From NCBI RefSeq assembly GCF_009914755.1, contig NC_060928.1: a stretch of DNA of 64,000 nt; one strand, written 5' to 3'. Of the stretch, positions 29,985-47,585 are shown piece by piece; position 1 is the first letter of the stretch, and each line of letters begins with the position of its first letter. The notes under the pieces are model-generated. The model saw only the letters and a list, made by a program, of their open reading frames with translations, was not told the DNA's origin and did not search any database. A program made the translations under genes and the position numbers. The DNA is from the human T2T-CHM13v2.0 reference genome, Homo sapiens.

Positions 29985-30918
29985 AATCAACAGAATGAAA
30001 AGACAACCTACAGAATGGGAGAAAATATTTGCAAACTATGCTTCTAACAGGGGGCTGATATGCAGAATTGACAGGCAACTCAACAACAAAAACCAAATTA
30101 ACTTCATTAAAAAGTGGGAAAAGAACATGAATAAATACTTCTCAAAAGAAGACATACATATTTTTTCATGCCTACAAGCATGAAAAAATGTTCAACATCA
30201 TTATCAAAGAAATGCAAAGTAAAACCACAATGAGATCTCATCTCACACCATTCAGAATGGCTATTATTAAAAAGACAAAAAATAATAGATGTTGGCGAGG
30301 ATGTGGAGAAAAAGAAATGCTTATACGGTGTTGGTGGGAATGCAAATTAGTACAATCTCTATGGAAAACATTATGGAGATTTCTCAGAGAACTAATAATA
30401 GAACTATCATTTGATCCAGCAATCCCACTACTGGGCATCTACCCAAAAGAAAAGAAATCATTATTTTAAAGATGCCCAAGAATTTAGTTGGTGATTATAA
30501 TAGTTATAACTTTAAGTCAACTATGATAACTAACCCACATATATATATGTTTACACACACACACAAATGGAATACTATTCAGCTATAAAAAAGAATGAAA
30601 TGTCTTTTGCAGCAACATGGATGGAACTGGAGGTGATTCTTCAGTGAAACAACACAGAAACAGAAAGTCAAATACCACGTTTCACTTACAAGTGAAAGCT
30701 AAGTAAAGTGTACACATGAACATGGAGTGTGTAGTAATAGATATTAAGAGACTCAGAAGGGTGACATGCAGGGAGGATGCTGAGAGATGAGAAATCACTT
30801 AACGGGTACAATGTATACTATTTGGGTGACAGGTACACTAAAGGCCCAAATTTCACCACTATGTAATATATCCATGTAAAAAAAACTAGAGTACCCCTTA
30901 AATTTATACCAAAAAAAA
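29985..30918 (+). mobile_element. L1 (L1MA/L1PB-like) 3' fragment
   Basis: ORF2-like MKRQPTEWEKIFANY and [14 protein letters not shown]; A-tail; approximate TSD acattacatctctaa / atattacagctctaa. Confidence 0.9.
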
Positions 30919-33277
30919 GCATATTACAGCTCTAATAATATTACATATATGGCCTTCTTGTAAGAAGGTTCAATTTGGTGAGCTTTCCTTTATTATAGTT
31001 TAGTGAACAATATAGCTAGTTTATAAAATATATCCAAATAAAATGCATTGTTTCAATTCTTTTGTGTCTGCCTTCTTTTACAAAAGGCATGTATGCCTGT
31101 GCTCTAAATGTTTTTGTATAGTAATAAGAAAACATTTTTATTGGAAAGAAGCTACAGGCATAATGATTTTTAAAAAAATTTTTAAAAGATGAAATTCAAG
31201 AAAAATAACCTCAGGATTTTTCTGATTCCATATTATACTATAATAATATGTGTGTGTGTTTATATATTTTTTTCCTCTCCTACCTACTGTAGTGGTCTAA
31301 ACACTAGCATATAGAGTATATTTGACTTTTTTTTTTTAATGAGTAAACTTTGGATTTTATTTCTATTATTTGTGCCTAAGAACTTTAGTTGTTAAAATAC
31401 TTTTCCTCATCCTTTCATTAAGCATTTTAAAAAGTACTTAAGATAAAACAAAAATCCAACTATCCCACTGAATTTTCTAAGTATTTCAGAAATGCCCAGT
31501 ATGAAGTCTTCAATGACTTAACATAACCTGTCTCATGATTAAGCTTAACTCTTACAGGCTGAGCTGGGTTACCCCAGCTGTTAAAATGGCCTTACACAGC
31601 TGCTCACCAAGAATTTAGTTCGTGATTATTATAGTTACACCTTTAAGTCAACTATGACAAAAATGACACAGTAATTACAGGTATTTCAGTCATGCAAAAA
31701 GCCTCATGTAATGACAGAGTAAGTGATTTAAAGTAACCTAATTTTCCATAATTCTCAAAATAAAATTTAAGTCTAAGAAAGACAATAACTTCTTTAATGT
31801 CAGTACTTAAGTCCATAAACAGTTTAAACATAACAGTTTAAACTTTCAGTTAAAATAAATTAAACATTACTTACCAATAATATCTTTCTCTTATAAAAAT
31901 TCTTAAGAGTATTGCAGGCCAGGGAGTCATAATACTAATTATACTAATAATTAGGACTAAGGAAATAATACTAATATTCTTTTAAAATACAGTAAGTAAT
32001 TGTGTGTTTTTTTGCTACACAGCTTTAAAAAATTAAGCTATAATGCAGAAGGCTCAACCAAATTGACAGTTTGACAAATTATAAAAATTTATCTTATGAA
32101 AAATAAAAAGCTACACTTATGGAAACATAAAAAATCTGAAGGAGTGCTGGTGCTTTAAATAGGTAAAATAGGAGGGGGACATTATTTCCTATACTGTTGA
32201 GTTTCTGATGCAATTATAAATAAAAATCAATATATTTTGAGAAAGATAAACATAGTACCATACTTCATTTATATAATTTTCAGTAATGTGCTATGCAAGT
32301 ATGTGAGATTTATTAATATTAACTGAAAGTACTTCAGCACAGAATTTAAGTATAGAATTAAAGTACAGAAAACAAGTATAAGATTAAGCAATAGAAAATA
32401 CATATTTAGAACTTAATTCTTGGACGGGCTGACAGTTGATACCACTGGCCTTTTACGCTGTCAATATTACATACTCAAAAAAATAATTTTTCTGAAAAAT
32501 ATCAATGTTATTTTTTGTAGCTGAGGTTTAAATTAAGCTGAGAGCCTAAGTTTTCATTCTTTACAGTAAGTAAAACACTAACTGGCTATCAAGAAAAATT
32601 AGAAACAAAGAAATAAAATTCAATTCCTACTATTCTTTAGTATGCCTGTAATACAAAGATCTTGGGATAGAAAGATAAATAAGTCTAAGGAGACTATCAG
32701 AGATCAGTAAGAGATATAAAGGAAGTCTGCAGCTATAGGGCTTAGAAAATACGTACGCATTGTTTCAGACTGGAACAATGATAAGGGGAAGAGATTAAAC
32801 ACTGACAAGAGTTTCTACTAGATCATGCTTTGTATCACTTAATCACCACGCCGAAACCCTGAGGTATCATTATCCTTGTCTACTTGTTACAGACAAAACT
32901 AAGGCTCAGAAAGGCTTACAAATTTGCCCAAGGTAACACAGCTGCCAGGTAGTAGAGTTGAGATTTTAACCCTGGTATGTCTAATTCCTAAACCTGTGCT
33001 TTGTAACAGAACATCTATCCAATTCCACAGAATGTTACATCCTAACTTAGTTGTGTTACTTCCTAAATTAGTTGTTCGGAGACACTTCTTTGTCAGTGTT
33101 TCAGATATGTAAGTTTGTCAGATATAAATGAGTTCTAGATAACTGAAATAAAGTATTGTATAAGACATTTACATATTAAATATGGAATGTTTTAATGTGC
33201 CTGATTTTTATGAAGCCCAAATTTAAAAAAAGAAACAGGAATAACATCAAAGATATTATGAACTCTTATAGCAAATT

Positions 33278-33840
33278 GTATTCTCAAAGGTAGTCACAAC
33301 GCTGTCCCCCATCTTGCATGCTCTTCTTGCAAGGTGACTCTGAGACTCCTTTCACTAAGAGGGAGAGGCCATGTCCTCTTGCCTTAATAACAGGCCAGAC
33401 CTTTGTGACTGTTTGGACCATTAGAGATAGTAAAAATGGTATCATGTGACTTCACAGGCTGAGTCATAAAAAGGAGATTCAGCTTCCACCTTGCTTGCTG
33501 GAACACTCACTTGGTAGTCCTGATGTGCTGGCTAAGTAGTACCTTCAGGCCACCATGCTCTGAAGAAGCCCAAACTAGCCCAGGTAAAAAGACCGTATTA
33601 TATAGAGATGTTAGGAGATGATACGGAAAAAGAATTTCTGGGTCAGCCCTCAGCTGTTCTAGACCCCCACTTTTGCACCTCCAGCCATGATCTGACTGCC
33701 ACCCAGAGTTAACAATGGCCAGATCAGCCCTCCTCAAATTACAAACCTATAAGAACAATGAGAAATAATAAAATTCTCGTTTGTTATAATCCACAAAGCT
33801 TTGACGGTGATTGGTCAGGTGACAATGGATAACCGAGACA
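33278..33840. mobile_element. MaLR solo LTR (MLT1H-like)
   Basis: tg...catgctcttcttgcaaggtgact...atgtgacttc..aggctgagtcataaaa...ggccaccatgct...gataaccgagaca termini typical of MLT1. Confidence 0.75.
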
Positions 33841-35849
33841 TCTTATAAAACAAGGAGCTCTAAGTTGGTTTATAGTCATCCTAGTGGAGTGTTAATTTTA
33901 CAATGTAACAGGAATGGAAAGGACAACAGGTGATTCAAAATGAAAACGTTAAGTGATCATCTTGAGGATGGCAAAATTTTGGGTGACAATTTCCCACCTT
34001 GACACTCAATGGAAATGAGGCCTTAGCAAGTTTCTATTTTCATAATAAAACTTTTTAAAGAGTTACTTTGGCTTGAATTTACATCTAAAGTCATTTGATG
34101 TTATGACCAAGAAAGGAAAAATCAAACTCACTTTTGGATTTCCTAAAATCATGCTTTTGTCTATATTCCAAGCAAATTCAGATGACAAATAAGGCAAGTA
34201 TAATAAAGGAGAAAAACAAATTAGGTTTAAGATCTGAAAAGCCCTTTTAGAAGGTGCAGTTGATGTTGCCATGTAAGTACATGTGCCCAGCAAAGCCATT
34301 TGTTCCATATTTTCAAAAGAAGGTGAAAAAAATCAATATTTTTATGTGAACTCTCAAGATTTTCCAATGTTGGCAACAAATTTAAATGTGTTTTAAAAAT
34401 ACATTCAATGGTAAGCTGTCATGATGAAAAGAAAAAGATTTAAATACCTACAAGGCACCATTTTGTAATCTCTATTCTGTTCCCTTCTGAGTAAAGAAGC
34501 ACAAAAATATAATTAAAATAAAATGTAAGATTAGTGATAATCTAACTGATAGAGAATAATGATTCTGTCTTAAAGTTTTAATTTTCTTTTCTATACCAAG
34601 TAACAGAGTAAAATGATAATGATGAATAAACCCCAAAACTGAAACACGTGATAAACACTACAGAGGTACCTCAGTATATTTAAGTTTTTCACTCATTAAA
34701 CCCTAAGACAGATGGCAGCATATCGGTAAAGTACAAACAATTCATTCTAGAAAATTAAACTTATAATGTAGTCTTATATTAATAGAACCAACATCTGTAG
34801 CTAAGCAAATGAATAACTGTTGGCACTTACTCCTCAAATTCACCAGTACCTTCTTCATACTTCCATTCCTCATTTGCATCTGATTTCAATAACCAAAAAC
34901 TGCCATGGAAACCAACCAAGTAATGCATCTCCTAAAAGCAACTGCTATTTCTAAAGCAGAGAAACTACCTTTTGCATCAGCAAAAACCAACTGACAGAAG
35001 GACAAGGTACGTTTGAATAAAACAGACCCTTTTCTGGGGAGGGGGAAAGATACAAAAAAATTTTAAACATCATTTTTAAACCTGATCTATGAAAACAATC
35101 ATCATTCTTCCTGCATTTCATATAATTAGAGGTTAAAGTTTATATGCAAGATGCTACCCTGACAATACTTATTACAAGGAATGAAGTTAATATCCTATGT
35201 CAGATACAGCTAGAAGTTACCCTAATAATTTACGAAGTGTTCTCTAAAATGTATCCTAAAGATAATTTTAACCTACCCAAAACTATTGTTCCATTCATAG
35301 TGATTGCTTCATTTGTTTATAATCATCTCTTCACTGTGAAAAACTTAGATATTTTCTGTAGTATCAAGCAGTAATTCTAGAATTTCTACAGAAGTGCCAA
35401 AGAACATCTTCCCTTGCATTTATTCCAGTTTCAGCTATTCAGTTCAAGAACACCCAAGTATCATTAAAGAATAAAACTTGCCTTTTCCTCTCTTCTGAAC
35501 ATTTTCATATGAGTACTCAAAGCTCTAAGATTACCAAAATTGACTTGTAGGTTCTTTTACAAATTCCTTCTAAGTTCAGCATTAACAACCAATTAGGGAA
35601 AAAATATCTGTCGGGGATCAAGAGTGCTTCATAGTTAGCAGTAACAAAATGTGCAATATCAAACAGCTGAACTATATGCTAAAAGCCATTAATAATGTAG
35701 GCAAAAGTCAATGGAATTGTTTCAACCTACCCAAAAGAGCATCTTTGGAACTAAAAATATTTCGCATAGCATTCCTCCCAGCCTGAACTAGTGAGTTAGT
35801 TATAGCATAGACTTGTAACATTACAATAATTAACCTTATAATATACCAT

Positions 35850-36080
35850 AGCAAATGCTCATTAAGGATTTGCTATATGCCAGTCATTGTCCTGAGTACT
35901 TTGCATACATTACCTCACTGAATCCTCTCAATAACACTATGTGGTAGATGCTACTACCGTCCCTAAGAAACTCTACAAGGTTAACGGTTTGTGCAAGGTC
36001 AAACTGCCATGAAGTGACAGAGCTAGCATTTGAAAATCCCCCCGTAGTTTGACCTTAGAGATCACACTGTACCACTATTC
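35850..36080 (-). mobile_element. MIR
   Basis: tgctatatgccagtcattgtcctgagtactttgcatacattacctcactgaatcctc...aaggtca. Confidence 0.7.
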
Positions 36081-36293
36081 ATGAGAATTAATGCATTTGT
36101 TATAGCTATACTGTTGAGGACATGATCTACTGAGTCACTCAGGAAGTCCTATGTGGGAAATTCCTTTTATGTAATATTAGGAAAGATGCATGGGTGTGCA
36201 TAAGTGTGTGTGTGTGACATATTTTCTCTTCCCCTGAGGACTCAGTACATCGTCAATTTTATCACAGGGCAGCAGAGACAACAAACTACACAC

Positions 36294-36473
36294 CAGTGTT
36301 TTGCAAACTTCAGTTTACATGAAAATCAGTTGAGAACTTATTAAAAATGCACATCCCGACCCTGGAGTTTAGTTAAGTAGCTCTTGAGAGTAACCCAGAA
36401 ATCTGTTATTTTTAAAAAGCACTCCAGATGCTTCTGATGCAGCTGGTCCAAGGTAACACTTTGAAAAATACTG
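36294..36473. mobile_element. MER5A (hAT-Charlie MITE)
   Basis: Terminal inverted repeats cagtgttttgcaaact...actttgaaaaatactg; internal ttctgatgcagctggtcca. Confidence 0.8.
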
Positions 36474-38569
36474 GTGCAGACACTTAAGAGTGGACAACCT
36501 ATATCCTATTACTAGCTTTCTCCAACTCATCATAACTCAATCCTTACCTCTTCTCATGACCTTGCCCTCATATTCTACTCCAGTATTGTCCCTGGTTCTG
36601 ATTTTCATGTACACTTTGTCACTTTATTATATGTATTTTTCCTACATATAGACCACTTCAAATCTCAAATTCCTTGTGGAAGTTGGATACTCATTTCTTT
36701 AAAATGAGGTCAATTCATTTGGCAGTTTAATAACTAAAATCAGTACACCAAACTCATAAGGAAAAGTCCGTAGGTCACTGGCTAAAGCACTTAAAGTGCT
36801 ATGCATATGCCGCACTTCCACTCCAAACAACCCAATTCCCATTAATGGATCAGCACTGGAGGCAAACTATCGTAATTTTGCAATGGGTGATAAACATTTC
36901 TACAGAAGTGCCAAAGAACATCTTCCCTTGCATTTATTTCAGTTTCAGTTATTCAGTTCAAGAATAATAGTCCATTCTTCTTCCCTACATGATGTCTAGT
37001 GAAAAATAGGTGGTCTATGGGTCAAACCAACCCACGGAAGTGCTTTTGCAAAATCTGGACACCAATATATTTTAAAGATTAAGAAATATCATCTGAAAAT
37101 CTGAAATTCCAATGAATTTTGAAAAATTCAAAAACATGGCAATATCAAGACCCTCTTTTTAGAGAAGTTTTAGCTCCCTGGCTCTTATATTTAGTCCATT
37201 TCATTCATATCAATTAACTTTCTGGACCCTATGGTCCAGAGGGTTTTCTGCTTGAAAATCATTCCAGGTTAGTAAATAAATCATTGATGGAAATTAGTTA
37301 CAATACAGGTGTATGATATTCTAGAAACATCTCTAGTATTCATATTCATACTAACCTGCTTTTTCCAAACCTCTGACTTCTGGGTGGATAAAAGTGATCT
37401 CTTACCCTTTATAAAATAATACATATCCTCAATTCTGCACTTGCCCCCTCCCATTAACCCTTTTAAAATGTAATGCAACTAACAATGAATATATGCATTT
37501 AGCATAGTAATCTACTCCCAACATCGTCCTTCCCCAACCCCTCCCTACAAGAGCTACTATTAAATTGTGGCATATCTTAGAAAAATAATGGCAATTCTTT
37601 GAGTGCTCAGCAATACTGTTAAATGAATCAAGTTTTAACTAGCAAGCCAGTGTTTTCTCCAGACACGTGTTAAAGACACAATAATGGATGTCTTCAATCC
37701 ATCAATAGCATCTATTATCTCTGCCACTCAAAGAAGGAGTCCATGTGTTTTTCAACATATCCAAATACTGATCTTTTTATTTGATTTACCTTCTTGACCA
37801 TTTAAGAGTTCAACATGCACCAGCTATATTATGCTAACAATAACTCATTTCATTACCTGTGCAAAAGGATCAGAATTCAAGCTCAGCCTTCAATTACCTA
37901 AGCTCATGTCAATCTGCCAATAAATGTGGTTTTCAGAAAATGGCAGTGATACAGAAAACTAGCAAACACACCACTAAGGCATAAAAAATATTATCAGTTA
38001 GAGAATACTGTTTATCATAGCAGTGACTTTAAAATAATTGTAAGTTCATCAATATTCAAGAGGACTAACATCTCGGTAAAATTTAGAACTAAAGATCAAA
38101 GTTTTGTCACTCCATTATAGTAACTAATTTGAAGAAATAATTTAAGGTATTAAAATTGGCAAATCAAAGGAGGAGAGACTTAAAAGATGAGATTCTTTTA
38201 AGTCTTTAAGAGTGAATTATTGTTCCTTCTTTCTCTTTCACATGACCCTCTTTTATTTTCTCCTCTAGGTGTAAACAGTGTGTTTCCTCTAAGTTCATCA
38301 TACTAATCTTCCTTCACCAAAAGACAGTGTAAACAGTAGTTAACGAGAAATGTCCTTATTTCTGCCCCCTGAAACATAACACAGAAATTAATAATGAAAA
38401 GTGCTGTCTAAAGTATATCTAAGGAAGAAATTAAAATTTAGCCAAGGCCCTACTTAGATCTTGAACTTCTTCTCTAGAAGCTATTAAAGATCCAACAGTA
38501 TACAGCCCATAGGTCATATGTAGCTCAAAGTCAGTTTTTTGGAGCCAGCACAATGTTTTTCTTTTTCTT

Positions 38570-38676
38570 TTCTTGATATTTCTAAAGACAGAGTCTCACT
38601 CTGTCACCGAGGCTAGAGTACTGTAGTACTATCACTGCAGCCTCAAACTCCTGGGCTCAAACCATCCTCTTGCCTC
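38570..38676 (-). mobile_element. AluJ/FRAM fragment
   Basis: agacagagtctcactctgtcacc...cactgcagcctcaaactcctgggctcaa. Confidence 0.75.
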
Positions 38677-38847
38677 ATATTTTTATTCTTTTAACTGAAC
38701 ATTAACACCTTTTGGGGAAGGCATATCTTACGTAGTTCATAAGAGCCTGAACAGTCTTACTGGCTGTTCATGACTCTCTTCACACATTGACATTACCTAT
38801 TTAAGTTCCTGTAAGTTGTATTTCTCATTTCTTTACCCTAAGAAGCC

Positions 38848-38879
<32 letters not shown>

Positions 38880-40434
38880 GGAAGATTAAATCAGTTGTTT
38901 AAATATTCTTTACTCCACGATGATTAGGTGGTTATACCCCACAATATTACTGTCTGTGCTAATACAAGATGACATTTAGACAAGGGAAGTAGCTTCTTTG
39001 GAGAGATAATTCTTTTCTCACATACATGCCAAGAAGTACCAGAGCAAATAACAATGAGAGGCCTATTCTTTTTACACGTATATGTTCAGATACTTGAGAA
39101 ATTTTCTAAAAGCATACTTATACTTCCAAAGCATAGTAAGTCTGCACATACATTTATCCCAAGATACACTCTTTATCTCTTTTTGTTGTTACTAAGTAGC
39201 AAAATGCTAGCTGCTTGTTAAAAAAAAAGCAAAAACAAAAACCCTAGGTATCCCACATATTATCTGACAGTGCACATAATTACTGTTGAGTGTATACTCC
39301 AAATTCTGAGCAAGACATACTATACTAAAACACAAAGTAGGAGAGAAAGACAAGCACATATTAAATATATTTAAATATATGGAAAGCCGCTCTATCTATA
39401 AGGTGCTATATGGCCCTCTAGTGTTCAGTGAAGAAACAGATAAATTCTTAAGGAATTGTGTGCTTTTGATATGATGTTTCACAGTAAAAAAAAAAATAAT
39501 ACTTTATAAAATTTTCTATGTATGCTAAACATACTAATATATGATTTTTACAAAAACCTAAATATTTTATATCTTTTGTGATTTTACATCTTTGTGCTTT
39601 CTTTTGAATTACTATCCATATTAGAATATCCAGTGAAAGAATTCTGAAATGTTCTTAAAATTTTTCCCACAAATAATTGTAATGCTAAATGAAAAAAAAT
39701 AGCATTTTAAGAACTAGACAATACTGAATCTAAGGCAAATTTCAAAGAAAAAACAAAAGAATGGGGTCGTGTCTACGAACTAAGTATTTAAACATACCTA
39801 ATCACAATTCCCTAACCATATTTTCTTTTCTCTGTATTCTACTTCTGATCCATCCAACTTGATTCTTTTTATCATATTAATTTATAGAAAATAGAGATTA
39901 ATTAAATACACAAAATTATGTCTCTCAGAAGAGAGGCCAAAGATAGAATTGAGATTTCAGGACAAGAGTCAAAGTAAAAGTAGACCCACAAGCAGAAAAG
40001 AATCTCACTAATAAGATTGATAAAATTGTAACCACTGGCCAAATGTTTGAAAAATTGATAATACTGTTTAAAGTTGGTGAAATAATAATTTCAAAAGGAA
40101 CTTACATTTGTTATTATGTTTAAAATATATATATCTTACATTTACTGTTTATATATTGGGGTTTTGTCAGGACAGAGGTGGGAACTGAAATATAAGCAAG
40201 ATACAAAATTTATCCCCAGCTTTTTCACTCACTTACTAGCGTTAAGCAATTAACATTTTCAAGCTAAACCTTTAGAAGCTACAGGAGGACTCTGTGAAGA
40301 TTCTATACTTGGCACCAACATCAATCCTTCAAATGTCAAGGAAAGGTAAATTGCCTATGGCATGGAAATTCTGCAAACAACCTTCAAAGTACCACAGAGT
40401 CATCTACTAAACCATTAAGAAATAGGATAGAAGG

Positions 40435-43012
<2,578 letters not shown>

Positions 43013-44346
43013 AGACAGAATGGCTAATGCAGGAAGTCTCCAAAAAACATTTCGCAGACCTCAAGGATCAATAATTCAAAGACAAGGTTTCCTTGTAAAG
43101 GACAAGTGTATTTCTTCTTACCAGATTGGAGGGATAGAAGAAAAAAGATACATATGAAATACTAGGTGAAGGAATGTAGAAATAATTCATGTTAATGGGT
43201 CATGTTTCAGTGAAGCAGAGGGGAGTGGGGGAAATTCCCTTTGAGGGGCTGAACAAGTCAACTGTTCAAACAGGTTACCAAATAATAATAAGACTATTAT
43301 TATCATAATAACTGAAAGAATCAGGAATATAAAAGAAGTATACACACTGACTCCAGCTACACAAAATACATATCCATGTGGTCAATGACTGACAAGTATT
43401 ATGTAAAAATTTATACACTAATTCTTTGTTGACTAATAATTAGGTTATCAGGGTACCTGATAACACAATAAATATTATTAGGCAATAAAATAAGAAATCA
43501 AAGGGCTTAAGAGAGAGGGAGAAAAACAAACTTAATACGATGAGTCACAATAAATATACCACAGTAACAGAGATTTAGTTGAGGCAACATTTGGGGACAT
43601 GAAAATAAATGTTAGGGCGGTAGCTTTATAGGTTATTTCATCACAGCCCACTCATCCCAAAATTACTAATATTGTTTAACTGAATTTCCAAACGTTAACA
43701 AAAGTACAACCGGGACCCAGCATAAGATCTGAGTTCCAATCCCAACTCCACTATTTACCAGCTGACTGATACAAGATTAATTACTTAACCTCTCTTCACA
43801 TATTTCTCATCTCCATTATGGGGTTAAAGATTAGAAATGACATATTAGGACTGTTAAGATAAATGAGAAAAAATATAAGTATATATACACATTCTGGGAA
43901 CACATTGAAGGCATTCAGTCTGGAGAAGATCACAGATGAATATGGCAGCAATCTTCTCCTATGAAAAGAGCTGTCACTGCTCTAGGTAGAAGAACAAGGA
44001 CCAAAGCAAAGTCAGAGATGTCAACACAAAATAAAGAACCCTAACATAAATAACGTCTAAAACTATGAAGATACTTCACATTGCAGTATTCCTTTGTAAT
44101 GACCTCATTTGTAAGTTCAAGTCTGTTGGTAAAGCCACTGGGCACAGGTTTGGCCTTGGTGATCTCAAAGGTCCACTCCAATTTGGGGTCTGTCTTAGGA
44201 GACTTAAAATCAGGACTAAAAACCCTTAACATGTTAAATATATCATTAGTTTGATGAAATGGGGAGTTGGGAATACGGGAAGGGAGGGAAGGGAAAGCAC
44301 TGATGATTTCCTCATAAAGCAGTGGCCACTTTAGAATTATGTTTTA

Positions 44347-44995
<649 letters not shown>

Positions 44996-45937
44996 TTTCA
45001 AAAACAGACTCTGAAATTGCTCGGAGAACGGTTTTTATATGAAAAATATTCATGTTTAGAGAGAGCCAAAAGTGCTATCAAGGCTAAAGAACTCTTCAAA
45101 GAAAACAATAAATATCTTCAAAACAAGAACGGATACTACTATGCTATTACTCTTCTAATAACGTGTTAAGTTGATCTTAGAAAATTGCCAGGGTAACACC
45201 TGAGCCCTAGAGATGTGAAGAATCAGTTACACTAGGACTTAAAGAGTTCTGTGCTCTTTCCACTATGAAATGGGGGGTTGGGAATAGGGGAAGGTTTCCA
45301 CTATATTCAGCTGCATTCTCATGCAGAGATCATGATATAATGACATTTCCTGTGAGGAACATCTTTTTATCCAATCCTCCACTAGGAGCATTATACACCA
45401 TGTAAAGTCATCAAAAAAGACCACATAGAATAATAATTGGTTTCCAGCAGAGAGTTATTTTTCAAATAAAGAGGCATATATGCTTGTTATAACAAAATGG
45501 AGAAATTATAAAATGTATTTAAGAAAAAATAACCTTTTATTCAACCACATTCAGAGATAATTCCTAACATTTGGTACAACTTCTTCTGATCTTTTTCTTT
45601 GCATATGTATATATGTAGATACATACACACACACATATATAAAAATGTATGTTTGCTTCATAATTAAGATCACACTGTATAGAGTTTTGAATCCTATATT
45701 TTAAATAAAATATTTTTAAGCATTTCCTGTTATTAAATATTCTTTCAAATGTGATGTTTAATGGCTGTATGAATTGCCTTCAACTGATTTCTGCATGTTA
45801 GCAAAATGATTCCTAAAGTGGGATTTTTAACTTCTCCTCAGGGCAGTCTCAATTTAACGATCTGTACATATACTGAATACCTGAGTCTTAAACTCAATTT
45901 TAATGACGTGCCCATTTACAATTTCTAGTCTAGCTTA

Positions 45938-46312
<375 letters not shown>

Positions 46313-47466
46313 TCAATTCTCAAACTGAATTAGGACTGAAAACAAATTTACCAAATTTCTACTGCTCAAAAAAGTGAAGAATTATATGTCAACTTAAGAC
46401 AAAGCTTACCAAAAATGTCACCAGGTAATACCAAATGAACTGCACCATGAAGAGAAGCAAGAACAGGTTGAAAGGAATTCGATTTTCTAAATCTAGGAAG
46501 GTATTAAGATAGGGGATTTGGACTTCGATTTGAAGGATATGGCTGGTGGGAAGGAGTATGATTCAAAACAAGTAGAGAGGAGAGGAGATGAAACCAGGTA
46601 AAAACTATGGTAAGATATTGGAAGACTTCAAACATTCTCATTTAGGTTTGGCTTTATCAGTGGGAAATGGGGCACCAGATATCTGTATTGAGGTTATTAT
46701 CTATACAGAGCTAAAAATTCATTTTAAAAAACTCATCCAATTATTCATACTGCCAACTCATTGTCAAGGACGTGGCGTTATAGCCTGATGCAAACAGAAG
46801 CCCAAGCAAAAATGCTCTTAACGTTTTTAAACACTGACCCTCCAATTTTTATCTTACAATTGCCTGGCGGGTAAGAAAAAGAGAGACTAAGTGATCAAGT
46901 CTGTTAAATTATTCAGCAGGCCCAGACTCAGATGATAAGAAAAAGTCAAGCCACTTTTCTATCCACTGACCAGAAGATGGGACCTATTGAGAGGGAAAAG
47001 ATAACCTGGGGAGGCAAATAAAAACTTGGTTTGGAGAAAGAAACAGTACTTTTAGTTTTCAGTGGACCACTCAGATGATGATGCCCAACAGACAGCTAGA
47101 AATGCAAAACTATGGCTAAGGTGAATGATCGGAGCTTGAGAAATAATTTTGGAGTTAACTACCAAAGTGAAAACAATATTCATCATGATCTATTCCTATG
47201 TCCTTTTTCTTCATACTGTCTTCCCTACCACCAACAAAAACAACATTAAAAATGGATCAGATCATTATAATACACATATGAAACAATTTTCTTTGGAAGC
47301 ATTTTGAAGATAACTATTTGTGATATTTGTGTATACTTCAGTGAAGTTTATCATCTGTATAAAGAACTAATCAATGGAATGCTATAAAACAATTTTAAAA
47401 TGGTCCATTTGGTGTGAAGATTATTCTTTAGTCTACAATGAAACCTCATAATTAAAATACTTTTTG

Positions 47467-47585
47467 AGCTGGGCACGGTGGTCCACGCCTGTAGTCCCAG
47501 CTACACAGGAGGATCTCTTATGCCCAGGGGTTCAAGGACAGCCTGGGAAACACAGCAAGGCCCCGTCTCTTAAATAATTAATAAT
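47467..47585 (+). mobile_element. FLAM (Alu monomer)
   Basis: gctgggcacggtggtccacgcctgtagtcccagctac...ccccgtctct. Confidence 0.8.

Noticed and set aside
38848-38875. Isolated A28 run as a retrocopy tail or recursive splice site
   Set aside because: No recognisable body or TSD; adjacent TAG-G-GT is not an AG|GT junction.
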